From sequence record MK380014.1: a stretch of DNA of 44,122 nucleotides; one strand, 5' to 3'. The translations under genes and the position numbers were made by a program. Each line of letters opens with the position of its first letter. Within the stretch, counting starts at the first letter, position 1. This DNA comes from Klebsiella phage K1-ULIP33. The notes below the pieces were generated by a model, which worked only from the letters and a program-made list of their open reading frames with translations, did no database searches and was not told the origin of the DNA. Shown in pieces: positions 6,909 through 15,641 of the stretch.

Positions 6909-8897
6909 ATGGCTATCATCAATAACATTCCTTGCCCGATGTGCCAGAAGAACGGGCATGATAAATCAGGCAACCATCTTATGATCTTTGAGGATGGGGC
7001 AGGTTACTGTAACCGTAGTCACTTCCACGACAACGGACGCCCTTACTACCACAAGCCAGATGGTGGCATCGAAATCACAGAGCTACCTATCAATGGTTCA
7101 ATCAAGTACACTCCTGCACAATTCCGTGACTTGGAGAAAGAAGGGAAGATAGCTGACCCTAAACTACGTGCCATCGCTCTTGGTGGTATGCGAATGAAAG
7201 ACCGTTGGGAGGTAATGAATGATGGAGAGAAGGCAGAGCAAGAAGCCGAGTGGCAACTTGATGTTGAGTGGTTCCTTGAACTTAAAAGGAAGAACCTCGT
7301 ATCACGACACATTAGAGGCGACATTTGTGCGCTGTATGACGTCCGAGTCGGTCATGATGGTGAAGGGAAGGTTAACAGGCATTACTACCCTCGCTTCGAG
7401 AATGGAAAACTTGTAGGTGCGAAGTGCCGGACGCTGCCTAAAGACTTCAAGTTCGGGCACCTTGGTAAGCTGTTCGGCAATCAGGATATGTTCGGCATGA
7501 ACACCATGTCCAACGTGTTGGACAAGGGTCGTCGCAAAGACGTGCTGTTAATTGTCGGCGGCGAGCTTGATGCTATGGCTGCACAGCAGATGCTGATGGA
7601 CGCAGCGACTGGCGATTGGAAGGGCAAGCCTTATCACGTCTGGTCTGTGAACAAGGGTGAGTCTTGCCTTGAAGAGATCGTCCAGAACCGGGAGCACATC
7701 TCGCAGTTCAAGAAAATCATATGGGCCTTTGACGGCGATGAGGTTGGGCGTAAGCAGAACCAGCAAGCGGCCCGCCTGTTCCCTGGCAAGTCCTATATCC
7801 TTGAGTACCCTGCCGGGTGCAAGGATGCGAACAAGGCGCTGATGGCTGGCAAGTCGAAGGAGTTCGTCGATGCATGGTTCAACGCCAAGTCCAGCGAGGA
7901 AGTCTTCGGCAGCCAGATTAAGTCCGTTGCGTCGATGCGTGACGAACTCAAGAGGGCACGACCAGAGGAAGGGCTGTCATGGCCTTGGCCTAAGCTGAAC
8001 AAGGTCACGCTGGGTATTCGTAAGCACCAGCTTATCATCGTCGGCGCAGGCTCCGGTGTAGGTAAGACCGAGTTCCTCCGCGAAGTGGTGAAGCACCTCA
8101 TCGAAGAGCATGGAGAATCTGTTGGCATTATCTCGACGGAAGACCCGACTAAGAAGGTGGCTCGTGCATTCATCGGGAAGTGGATCGACAAGCGCATTGA
8201 GTTGCCGCCGACCAATGACCCGACCGAAGACGGCTATCGTGAGGTGCTTGACTACACAGATGAAGAAGCGGCGGAAGCTATCGACTACGTAGCAGACACA
8301 GGTAAGTTCTTTGTAGCAGATCTCGAAGGTGACTACTCAATGGAGAAGATTGAGCAGACCTGCCTAGAGTTCGAAGCTATGGGGATTCAGAACATCTTTA
8401 TTGATAACTTAACGGGGATTAAATTAGATGAGAGAGCATATGGTGGCAAGGTTGGAGCGCTTGATGAGTGCGTCAAAAGGATTGGAACTATCAAAGACCG
8501 ACACCCTGTTACGATCTTCCTTGTCAGTCACCTTACTCGCCCTTCGGGACAACGTACCCAGCACGAAGAAGGTGGTGAAGTTATCCTTTCTGACTTCCGA
8601 GGCTCAGGAGCTATCGGATTCTGGGCTTCTTACGCCTTGGGGGTTGAGCGTAACACAAGAGCTGAATCGCTTGATGAAAGAACTACCACGTACATCTCAT
8701 GCGTCAAAGACCGTGACCAAGGGATTTTCACGGGGACTAAGGTCATGCTTAAAGGCGACCTTGCAACCGGTAGATTGAAGGAACCTCAAGCACGAACCAA
8801 GAGCTTTGACACAGGTGTACATAAGCAGCAGGAAGTACCTGATGATTTAGGTGACACTATAGAACAAGGTAACTTCGAGGAAGGGCAGGAATTCTAG
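6909..8897 (+). CDS. DNA primase/helicase (T7 gp4-like)
   Basis: N-terminal Cys4 zinc motif CPMCQ..C, a TOPRIM-like region, and a Walker A motif GAGSGVGKTEF in the helicase half. 662 aa. Confidence 0.95.
   Translation: MAIINNIPCPMCQKNGHDKSGNHLMIFEDGAGYCNRSHFHDNGRPYYHKPDGGIEITELPINGSIKYTPAQFRDLEKEGKIADPKLRAIALGGMRMKDRWEVMNDGEKAEQEAEWQLDVEWFLELKRKNLVSRHIRGDICALYDVRVGHDGEGKVNRHYYPRFENGKLVGAKCRTLPKDFKFGHLGKLFGNQDMFGMNTMSNVLDKGRRKDVLLIVGGELDAMAAQQMLMDAATGDWKGKPYHVWSVNKGESCLEEIVQNREHISQFKKIIWAFDGDEVGRKQNQQAARLFPGKSYILEYPAGCKDANKALMAGKSKEFVDAWFNAKSSEEVFGSQIKSVASMRDELKRARPEEGLSWPWPKLNKVTLGIRKHQLIIVGAGSGVGKTEFLREVVKHLIEEHGESVGIISTEDPTKKVARAFIGKWIDKRIELPPTNDPTEDGYREVLDYTDEEAAEAIDYVADTGKFFVADLEGDYSMEKIEQTCLEFEAMGIQNIFIDNLTGIKLDERAYGGKVGALDECVKRIGTIKDRHPVTIFLVSHLTRPSGQRTQHEEGGEVILSDFRGSGAIGFWASYALGVERNTRAESLDERTTTYISCVKDRDQGIFTGTKVMLKGDLATGRLKEPQARTKSFDTGVHKQQEVPDDLGDTIEQGNFEEGQEF
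7508..7523. repeat. palindromic element GTCCAACGTGTTGGAC (copy 4, inside the primase gene)
   Basis: In-frame, encoding M-S-N-V-L-D-K. Confidence 0.8.
8845..8865 (+). promoter_or_regulatory. SP6 promoter (ATTTAGGTGACACTATAGAAC) within the 3' end of the primase gene
   Basis: Consensus match. Drives the downstream genes from 8968. Confidence 0.8.
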
Positions 8898-8914
8898 TGT
8901 TCTTATCAGGGCTT

Positions 8915-8930
8915 ATCCAACATGTTGGAC
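8915..8930. repeat. palindromic element ATCCAACATGTTGGAC (copy 5, one mismatch)
   Basis: 18 nt after the primase stop. Extended flanking complementarity (GCTTATCC/GGACAGGC). Confidence 0.8.
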
Positions 8931-8967
8931 AGGCTCTTATTAAGCACATTAACTATAGGAGATTGTT

Positions 8968-9633
8968 ATGACTAAATTAGTATTGAATGTTGGTGATCGT
9001 GTTCGTAATATTAGAGTTGAGTCTGCTTACTTTAAAGAGGAAGGCAAAGTACAAAATGTCGAAGCACACTGGTATACCATTGTACATGACTCTGGAACTA
9101 TCTTACATTATGTCAAAACTAATGCACACAAAAACCTTGAGCGTATTGAAGAAGTAACTAACAAGTGCAAGTGTGTGCATGATGAACTGTGTGAACGTTG
9201 CACTCGCCAGATGCAGAAGGCTCTCACCTTCTTCGAACGTTATGGTACAGGCACCAAGTCAATTGCAGAGTATATGGCACAGAACCGCAAGGTGCTGAAA
9301 CGGGAGCGCCGCAATGTGATCACTGGCATGACCCAATCTGATATGCACCGCCAGCATGGTGCAGAGGGTGTCGTCATGTTCAACACTCGTGCAACCGGGC
9401 GCAGCACAGGCCAAGCCTTCCGCATCTTGGGTGAAGCCATGTGCAATCCGGGTGTCGCCATTCGCATCCAAGACGTAGATCATGCGGTCTCGGAAGGCAA
9501 AGGCAACCGCTGGCAGCTTAACAAACACTTCGAGCATATCTTACGTGACACTATAGTGGATATGAAAGGCTTCCACTTTGATCACGGTCATATCACTTTT
9601 AACCCTATCGTTACGGAGGAAACTTATGTCTAA
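8968..9633 (+). CDS. hypothetical protein (221 aa)
   Basis: ORF with a strong RBS (TAGGAGATTGTTATG). No motif recognised. Confidence 0.6.
   Translation: MTKLVLNVGDRVRNIRVESAYFKEEGKVQNVEAHWYTIVHDSGTILHYVKTNAHKNLERIEEVTNKCKCVHDELCERCTRQMQKALTFFERYGTGTKSIAEYMAQNRKVLKRERRNVITGMTQSDMHRQHGAEGVVMFNTRATGRSTGQAFRILGEAMCNPGVAIRIQDVDHAVSEGKGNRWQLNKHFEHILRDTIVDMKGFHFDHGHITFNPIVTEETYV
9541..9560 (+). promoter_or_regulatory. weak promoter-like sequence (TTACGTGACACTATAGTGG)
   Basis: Contains GTGACACTATAG but has a poor upstream match. Inside the 8968..9633 gene. Confidence 0.2.
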
Positions 9634-9841
9634 GAAACCTAGCCTCAAGTTCCTTGATGGGAACGAATATATGCAACAACGTGTAACCAATCAGGCATTC
9701 CTGTTCGCACAGCTTACTATGGCAGAAGCCAAGAAGAATAGTCTTACCCGCGAGCAGATTATCAAAGACGCTACATGGGAGCCTCACAAGGTGACCTACA
9801 TGGGGCGCAAGGTTACAGTGGAGCGCAAGAAAGTCAGTTAA
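9626..9841 (+). CDS. hypothetical protein (71 aa)
   Basis: ATG at 9626 with GGAGGA 6 nt upstream. The track ORF 9578..9841 starts earlier on a non-ATG codon. Confidence 0.5.
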   Translation: MSKKPSLKFLDGNEYMQQRVTNQAFLFAQLTMAEAKKNSLTREQIIKDATWEPHKVTYMGRKVTVERKKVS

Positions 9842-9854
9842 TAAGTCATGGGTT

Positions 9855-9870
9855 GTCCAACATGTTGGAC
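9855..9870. repeat. palindromic element GTCCAACATGTTGGAC (copy 6)
   Basis: 14 nt after the stop at 9841. Extended to GGTTGTCCAACATGTTGGACAGCC, which can form an 11-bp stem with one G.U. Confidence 0.85.
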
Positions 9871-9902
9871 AGCCTATCATCATATTAATTGGAGGTGACT
9901 CA

Positions 9903-12548
9903 ATGAAAGATATTGATTGGATTAAAGAAGCCCAAGGTCGTATCCTTGTGATGGATGCAGAAGCTAAAGGCCTACTTGATGCCATCCGATACGGACACCG
10001 CGAGGACGTGCATATCAGGATTAAAGAAGCCCAAGGTCGTATCCTTGTGATGGATGCAGAAGCTAAAGGCCTACTTGATGCCATCCGATACGGACACCGC
10101 GAGGACGTGCATATCATTTGCTGCATGGATTTGCTGACCACCGAAGAGTTCCTGTTCTTCGACCCATATGAGATGCGTGACCAGGAAGCGCGGGAGCGGC
10201 TCAAGGAGTGGGAAGGGTTTCAGGACGGCGACCTTGTGGATGGCGTGAACTTCCTCAAACACTGCGAGGCTATCGTATCACAGAACTTTCTAGGGTATGA
10301 CGGCTTGCTCTTTGAGAAGGCATTCCCGTCTGTGTGGCGGGGCTTTAACTACACAGAGAAGCGCGGGAAAGGCCGTCTGCGGGCCGATCTCTGCCCGGTA
10401 AGGGTTATGGATACCCTCGTTATGTCGCGCCTCCTGAACCCGGATAGGCGGCTTCCTCCGCAGGCTTACGCTAAAGGTATGGGTAACGTGGCCCCTCACT
10501 CAATCGAGGCGCACGGCATCCGCATCGGGCGCTATAAGCCGGAGAACGAAGACTGGTCTAAGCTGACAGACCACATGGTTCACCGTGTCCGCGAGGACGT
10601 GGCGATAGGTCGTGACCTGTTCCTTTGGCTACATAACGGCGAGTGGAGGGAGCACAAGGCGCGTGGCGTTAACCCTCGCACTGGCCTTGGCATCGAGACG
10701 GCATTCCACATGGAGTCGATCGTTGCGCTGGAAATGACCCGGCAGGCAGAGCGTGGCTTCCGGCTGGATATCGATAAGGCGCTGGCTCGATGCCAAGAAC
10801 TCGACGAGAAGATCGACGAGACAGTAGCAGCATTCCGCCCGCACATGCCTATGCGTATCAAGTCAAAGCCATTCAAGCCACAAGAGAAGGAGGAACAAAT
10901 CGATGCAGCAAACAGCTACGCGGCGTTACATTCGTTGGGTGCGAGGCTCTCAGAAGACGCCTTCTTACATGTGGAACGTAGGGGTGATAGGAAGACTGTA
11001 TGGGCCGTCACCACTAAGTCTGGGGATTGGTCTGCTACTGTCAAGAAAGATTTTCCTCACATTAGAGGAAATATTAATGACACGCCAAGCCTCAAGCACA
11101 TTGGCCCTTACTCGCCAGTCACCTTTGAAGAGATCCCACTAGGGAACCGTGACACGGTGAAGCAGGTACTCTATGACTTCGGGTGGCGAGGTGTAGAGTT
11201 CAACGATGCAGAGCAGGCATGCATCGACGAGAATGGTGTGCCGCCTAAACCTTGGAGTGGTAAGATCAATGAGAAGTCGATTGCTGTTTGGAAGGAAAGA
11301 GCCGCACGTGAAGGTAAAGCAGTCCCCGATTGGTGCTTGGGTATCGCTGCATGGTACATACTCGTATCCCGTCGCGGTCAGATCCTCAACCGTGGTGACG
11401 TTGAAGCCTTCAATCAGAAGGGAGCGTGGCCCTCGCAGGCTGGTGTACGAAAGTGTCGCGGCCTTATACCTGTAGCATTCAACAAGGAGTTAGGTATCAA
11501 TGCGCAAACGTACTACGAAACCTACGGGTGCTGGCCTACGTCTGATAAGGACGACGGTGAGTGGCGTGTTCCTGCCGTTGCTATCAGTATTGGAACTTCT
11601 ACCTTCCGTATGCGGCATCGTAATGTTGTTAATATCCCCGCTCGTGGCTTATACCCTCTTCGTGATTTATTCATTGCAGGGAAAGGTAAGCTAATCCTTG
11701 GCTGTGATGGTGCAGGTCTGGAATTGCGTGTATTATCGCACTTCATGAACGACCCTGAATACCAAGAGATCGTACTGCACGGTGACATTCACACCCATAA
11801 CCAGCTTAAAGCTGGCCTGCCGAAGCGTGACATGGCGAAGACTTTCATCTACGCCTTCCTGTATGGCTCCGGTATTTCCAACCTAGCGGCAGTTTGTGGC
11901 GTCACTGAGGAGGAGATGAAGGAAGTGGTGGCTCGTTTTGAGATTGAGCTACCCTCACTGGCTCGCCTCCGGGAGAATGTTATCGCTGCCGGAAACAAGT
12001 TCGGCTACCTGCAAGCGCCGGATGGTCATTGGGGCCGCATCCGTATGGCGAATGGTGAACTCAAAGAACACACCATGCTGAACGTGTTGCTCCAAATGAC
12101 AGGCTCCTTGTGTATGAAGTACGCACTGGTGAAAGCCTTTGCAGTCATGCGCAGAGAGGGAGTGGCGCTGGATGATATGGGAAATCCGTGTGGTGTGGCT
12201 AACGTCCACGATGAAATCCAGATGGAGGTGCCAGAAGATGAGGTCTTGTATCTTGACTATACAATACCTTTCACCTTAGAGGGGTTTGAAACTGAGAAGG
12301 CAGCCATTAAAGCCGCATTTGATCCAGAAGAAAAGCGGGTGCATACCGACGTTGATGGCCGTATGTGGTCTGCCGCGAATCTTATCAAGGTAGATGCCGA
12401 GGCAGGTGTTATTCATTGCCAACGTAAATACCATCGTGCTGGTCAAATCATAGCTGAGTCTATGACTTGGGCAGGTAAGTATTTAAACATGCGTTGCCCT
12501 ATGTCCGGGGAATTTAAGATCGGAAGTTCATGGGCTGAAACGCACTAA
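9903..12548 (+). CDS. DNA polymerase, family A (T7 gp5-like), carrying an internal 33-aa tandem duplication
   Basis: The Exo I motif ILVMDAEA is present twice. Pol motifs are present: DTLVMSRLL (A), KTFIYAFLYGSG (B), VHDEIQME (C). 881 aa. Confidence 0.95.
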   Translation: MKDIDWIKEAQGRILVMDAEAKGLLDAIRYGHREDVHIRIKEAQGRILVMDAEAKGLLDAIRYGHREDVHIICCMDLLTTEEFLFFDPYEMRDQEARERLKEWEGFQDGDLVDGVNFLKHCEAIVSQNFLGYDGLLFEKAFPSVWRGFNYTEKRGKGRLRADLCPVRVMDTLVMSRLLNPDRRLPPQAYAKGMGNVAPHSIEAHGIRIGRYKPENEDWSKLTDHMVHRVREDVAIGRDLFLWLHNGEWREHKARGVNPRTGLGIETAFHMESIVALEMTRQAERGFRLDIDKALARCQELDEKIDETVAAFRPHMPMRIKSKPFKPQEKEEQIDAANSYAALHSLGARLSEDAFLHVERRGDRKTVWAVTTKSGDWSATVKKDFPHIRGNINDTPSLKHIGPYSPVTFEEIPLGNRDTVKQVLYDFGWRGVEFNDAEQACIDENGVPPKPWSGKINEKSIAVWKERAAREGKAVPDWCLGIAAWYILVSRRGQILNRGDVEAFNQKGAWPSQAGVRKCRGLIPVAFNKELGINAQTYYETYGCWPTSDKDDGEWRVPAVAISIGTSTFRMRHRNVVNIPARGLYPLRDLFIAGKGKLILGCDGAGLELRVLSHFMNDPEYQEIVLHGDIHTHNQLKAGLPKRDMAKTFIYAFLYGSGISNLAAVCGVTEEEMKEVVARFEIELPSLARLRENVIAAGNKFGYLQAPDGHWGRIRMANGELKEHTMLNVLLQMTGSLCMKYALVKAFAVMRREGVALDDMGNPCGVANVHDEIQMEVPEDEVLYLDYTIPFTLEGFETEKAAIKAAFDPEEKRVHTDVDGRMWSAANLIKVDAEAGVIHCQRKYHRAGQIIAESMTWAGKYLNMRCPMSGEFKIGSSWAETH
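9921..10118. repeat. perfect 99-bp tandem direct duplication (2 units, 97/99 identical) inside the DNA polymerase gene
   Basis: Unit 1 (9921..10019) and unit 2 (10020..10118) differ only in their last 2 nt. Encodes IKEAQGRILVMDAEAKGLLDAIRYGHREDVHI twice. Confidence 0.9.
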
Positions 12549-12563
12549 CATGGGAAAAGGAAA

Positions 12564-13022
12564 ATGCAAGAGTGGGTTCGCATTACAAGCTATCCTAACT
12601 ATGCTGTGTCGAACGAAGGTGAGGTTAAGAATATTAATACAGGGTGTGTATTGCGCCCACTTACACTAACCAAAGGGTACTTAGGTGTTAGGCTATATCA
12701 CGAAGGTAACGGCAAGACGCTTAAGATTCATAGGCTTGTCGCTCTTGCCTTTCTTTCTAACCCTGATAACCTACCTCAGGTAAACCATATAGATGGTGAC
12801 AAGAGTAACAATGATGTTACCAACCTTGAGTGGTGCAGCAATGAATACAATATGCGGCACGCTGCTGACAATGACTTACTTAACAAAGAGACACAGTTTA
12901 AGCAGAAGTATGATCCGTCTGAGTTCCGTAAGTGCAAAGAAGAAGGTATGACCATCTCCGCTATTGCTCGTAAGTTTGGATGTAAGCGGGATACTGTATA
13001 CCGACTTTTAAGACTACGTTGA
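12564..13022 (+). CDS. HNH homing endonuclease (free-standing)
   Basis: Motif HRLVALAFLSNPDNLPQVNHIDGDKSNNDVTNLEW..N is typical of phage HNH/AP2-type endonucleases. Inserted directly after the DNA polymerase gene. Confidence 0.8.
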   Translation: MQEWVRITSYPNYAVSNEGEVKNINTGCVLRPLTLTKGYLGVRLYHEGNGKTLKIHRLVALAFLSNPDNLPQVNHIDGDKSNNDVTNLEWCSNEYNMRHAADNDLLNKETQFKQKYDPSEFRKCKEEGMTISAIARKFGCKRDTVYRLLRLR

Positions 13023-13042
13023 TTTAGGTGACACTATAGAAG
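13022..13042 (+). promoter_or_regulatory. SP6 promoter (ATTTAGGTGACACTATAGAAG)
   Basis: Exact consensus, overlapping the stop of the HNH gene. Confidence 0.85.
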
Positions 13043-13107
13043 GTAGCCTAGGTAATCTAGGTCTTATAGGTAGTATAGATAAATAAGCTAAATATAGGAG
13101 ATTAAAT

Positions 13108-13452
13108 ATGTCAATGGTAACTACTCTGGTAGCACTGTCTCAATTCTTCCGTAACCTGTCCACTCGTATCCGTAACAAGGCAATCAATGCAATCAAAGAC
13201 CGCATCGCTGTGGTTGAAGACCAGCAGGTTGCTGTTGAGGAGAAGCGTAGCGAGAACATGATTGCTACCCACAACTCTTACTACGCAGCTAAGGCGAAGC
13301 TGGATGAAGAGTATCAGGCCAAGCTGGCTAAGATGGAGGCCGAACTGGCTGCGACCAAGCGCACCATCGCAATGGTTGCACAGGGTGCATCTAACGAATT
13401 GAAGCGTGAGCTTGTCATGCTCAGCATGGAACTGGATAACCTGACCAAGTGA
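13108..13452 (+). CDS. hypothetical protein (114 aa), coiled-coil rich
   Basis: ORF with RBS TAGGAGATTAAATATG. Follows the promoter and a TAGGTA-rich leader. Confidence 0.6.
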   Translation: MSMVTTLVALSQFFRNLSTRIRNKAINAIKDRIAVVEDQQVAVEEKRSENMIATHNSYYAAKAKLDEEYQAKLAKMEAELAATKRTIAMVAQGASNELKRELVMLSMELDNLTK

Positions 13453-13536
13453 GAGGCTACCTGTATCCCGGCCACCCGGATTGGAGTACCTATATTGCAC
13501 TAGGTTATGGTTGGAACATCAAGACCAAGCACTGGT

Positions 13537-13557
13537 AATTAGGTGACACTATAGAAC
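13537..13557 (+). promoter_or_regulatory. SP6 promoter (AATTAGGTGACACTATAGAAC) followed by a conserved leader stem-loop
   Basis: Followed by AAGGGCA-gcaataggt-TGCCCTT and then GATTGTATAGTG. The module is duplicated at 18269. Confidence 0.8.
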
Positions 13558-13610
13558 AAAGGGCAGCAATAGGTTGCCCTTGATTGTATAGTGTAACAAA
13601 AGGAGGAATA

Positions 13611-14078
13611 ATGGAAATCTGGAAAGTGATATCAGAGTTTCCAGATTATGCCGTAAGTTCTCATGGTAGAGTTAAATCTCTGAGATATAATCGCATAATG
13701 TCTGGAGGCTTAGATGCTGATGGGTACGTCGTTGTAACGCTGAGATCTAACAAGAAACCAAAGACGCAGAAGGTGCATAGGCTGGTTGCAACTGCGTTTA
13801 TATCAAACCCTCTTTGTCTTCCAGAGGTTAACCACAAGAGTGAAATTAAGACGGACAACTTTGTCCAAAACTTGGAGTGGTGTACTAGCCAATACAACAC
13901 TGAGTATTCTCAAGCTAAAACTTATGAAATACTCACACCAAAAGGTGAGCGCATTACCGTAACAAATCTACGTAAGTTTTGCCGTGACAATAATTTATGT
14001 CAAAGTAATATGAACAAGGTATTTAACGGTAAAGCCTCACACCACAAAGGTTATCGTAAATATAATGGAGGTATTTAA
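13611..14078 (+). CDS. HNH homing endonuclease (second copy, free-standing)
   Basis: MEIWKVISEFPDYAVSSHGRVKSL...HRLVATAFISNPLCLPEVNHK..NLEW parallels the first HNH gene (..YPNYAVSNEGEVKNI..HRLVALAFLSNP..VNH). Has its own promoter. AAGGAGGA RBS. The track ORF starts 27 nt earlier, and I prefer the ATG at 13611. Confidence 0.8.
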   Translation: MEIWKVISEFPDYAVSSHGRVKSLRYNRIMSGGLDADGYVVVTLRSNKKPKTQKVHRLVATAFISNPLCLPEVNHKSEIKTDNFVQNLEWCTSQYNTEYSQAKTYEILTPKGERITVTNLRKFCRDNNLCQSNMNKVFNGKASHHKGYRKYNGGI

Positions 14079-14881
14079 TGGCACGTAACTTTGACTTTGG
14101 CGCAGAAATTACTCAAGCTACTGGCGGTGTATTTAAGAACCCGGAAGTAGGTGATCATGAGGCTGTGATCTCTGGCATCATTCACGTTGGCTCTTTCCAA
14201 GATATCTTCAAGAAAGGCAACACCACCGAAGTTAAGAAGCCTGCCAACTTTGTGCTGGTCAAGGTTATCCTGATGGGTGACGACGACAAGAATGATGATG
14301 CCTCTCGCATGGAGCAGTGGATGGCTGTGCCGCTCAAGTCTGGTGACAAGGCTATACTGACTAAGTTCCTGAATGCGGTTGACCCGAAAGAACTGCTGGG
14401 CGGCTTCAATGATTTCATCGGCGAGTGCATGACTGTCAGCATGGTTGGCGACGAGAAGGGTGGCAAGAATGAAGACGGCACCTTCAAGTACGTTAACTGG
14501 AAAGGTTTCGGCGGTATGCCGGATAAACTCAAGAAGTTGGTATTAGCTCAGGTTGAAGAAGAAGGCCTGTCCATGACTGGTCATATCACCTTCGACAAGC
14601 TGACTCGTGAGATTATCGACTCTATCCCGGCGCATCTGGTTCGCCAGTACCTGCTGAACGAGACTCCGCGCGGCAAGAACTTGTCCGTTGCTGGTTCCCA
14701 CGTTGAAGCAATCATTGCAGAGGCACGCGCTGCCGATGCAGACTGGAAGAAGGCCAAGAAGAAAGACGGTGACGCAACTCCAGAAGACCGCCAGTCTCTG
14801 GACACTGGTGCTGCTGTACCGCAGGAAGTTCCGGCGCAGGACGTCCCGGCTCCGGCTATGGATGAAGACGCAGAATATTAA
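14078..14881 (+). CDS. hypothetical protein with an acidic C-terminal tail ending in an aromatic residue (candidate ssDNA-binding protein)
   Basis: 267 aa with a TAATG overlap start and GGAGG RBS. The C-terminus PAMDEDAEY resembles the acidic aromatic-terminated tails of T7 gp2.5-type SSBs. Position and size fit, but no direct sequence match is recognised. Confidence 0.5.
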   Translation: MARNFDFGAEITQATGGVFKNPEVGDHEAVISGIIHVGSFQDIFKKGNTTEVKKPANFVLVKVILMGDDDKNDDASRMEQWMAVPLKSGDKAILTKFLNAVDPKELLGGFNDFIGECMTVSMVGDEKGGKNEDGTFKYVNWKGFGGMPDKLKKLVLAQVEEEGLSMTGHITFDKLTREIIDSIPAHLVRQYLLNETPRGKNLSVAGSHVEAIIAEARAADADWKKAKKKDGDATPEDRQSLDTGAAVPQEVPAQDVPAPAMDEDAEY

Positions 14882-14892
14882 TAGGAGGTTAA

Positions 14893-15111
14893 ATGAAAGT
14901 TGAAGTTGTAACTCTGCACTATAAGCCTGGCGTGACGACTCTGGCAGGGACTAGCTTTATGTCCTTCTCTGAAGGCGCTTCCTATCCCGATCTGCACTAT
15001 ATTGTGCGCGAAGGTCAGCACGTCGTGAATTACACGCACCCTGATACGGGTCAGCGCCATGGCGTATCAGTCCCGGTGTCTGATATTCGTCAGGTCAACA
15101 CTGTCCTGTAA
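14893..15111 (+). CDS. hypothetical protein (72 aa)
   Basis: ORF with RBS TAGGAGGTTAAATG. Its stop is immediately followed by a palindrome copy. Confidence 0.5.
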   Translation: MKVEVVTLHYKPGVTTLAGTSFMSFSEGASYPDLHYIVREGQHVVNYTHPDTGQRHGVSVPVSDIRQVNTVL

Positions 15112-15128
15112 GTCCAACACGTTGGGAC
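15112..15128. repeat. palindromic element GTCCAACACGTTGGGAC (copy 7, 1-nt insertion)
   Basis: 1 nt after the stop at 15111 and 17 nt upstream of the promoter at 15145. Confidence 0.7.
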
Positions 15129-15144
15129 AAACTCGGTGTCCTCG

Positions 15145-15165
15145 ATTTAGGGGACACTATAGAAG
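15145..15165 (+). promoter_or_regulatory. SP6 promoter (ATTTAGGGGACACTATAGAAG)
   Basis: One mismatch to the consensus. Preceded by an imperfect palindrome copy. Confidence 0.8.
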
Positions 15166-15211
15166 AAGATAACGGCAAATCCGCCACAAATTTTAAGAAG
15201 GAGATTAAAAT

Positions 15212-15580
15212 ATGTTCACTATCGAAACCCTGTCTAACCGTGTTGTCAAAGCTGGTAAACTGGAAGTTGTTGAGTCCTTCATCATTGTTGACGAAACAGG
15301 CGCACTGGTAGCTGGCACCAAAGCCTACGACACCCGCGAAGAAGCGCAGGCTAAGATTGACAGCATGGGTAATTTCGCCGCTGGTCTGGAGTTCGCACGT
15401 GCAATGTACGGCGATCAGGCTGACAAGGCACAGATCGGTAAGGCAAACATCGTTGCTGAATTCCTGGATTGGGTTGCTGCTGGCAAGCCTGTGAAGGAAG
15501 CCAAAGCAGAAGTTGCTGTAGAAGAAGCTGCTCCTGTAGTTGAAGAAGCTGCTACTCTGGCAGAAGAAGAAGAGTTCTAA
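15212..15580 (+). CDS. hypothetical protein (122 aa) with an Ala/Glu-rich C-terminus ending EEEEF, flanked by its own promoter and terminator
   Basis: Strong RBS AAGGAGATTAAAATATG. A promoter lies 47 nt upstream and a terminator-like hairpin right after the stop, which implies high expression. Confidence 0.65.
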   Translation: MFTIETLSNRVVKAGKLEVVESFIIVDETGALVAGTKAYDTREEAQAKIDSMGNFAAGLEFARAMYGDQADKAQIGKANIVAEFLDWVAAGKPVKEAKAEVAVEEAAPVVEEAATLAEEEEF

Positions 15581-15586
15581 TAAGCG

Positions 15587-15618
15587 CCCTGTCTCCTAGT
15601 GAGGCAGGGTATTTTGTG
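15587..15618 (+). terminator. stem-loop plus U-rich tract terminator-like element
   Basis: CCCTGTCTC-ctagt-GAGGCAGGG (one G.U) followed by TATTTTGTG. Confidence 0.5.
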
Positions 15619-15641
15619 TAATAGTTATTGGAGAATTAATT

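Noticed and set aside
9611-10204. 197-aa minus-strand ORF overlapping the DNA polymerase start, containing a repeated peptide
   Set aside because: The internal repeat simply mirrors the 99-bp tandem duplication on the + strand. No expression signals, so an antisense artefact.
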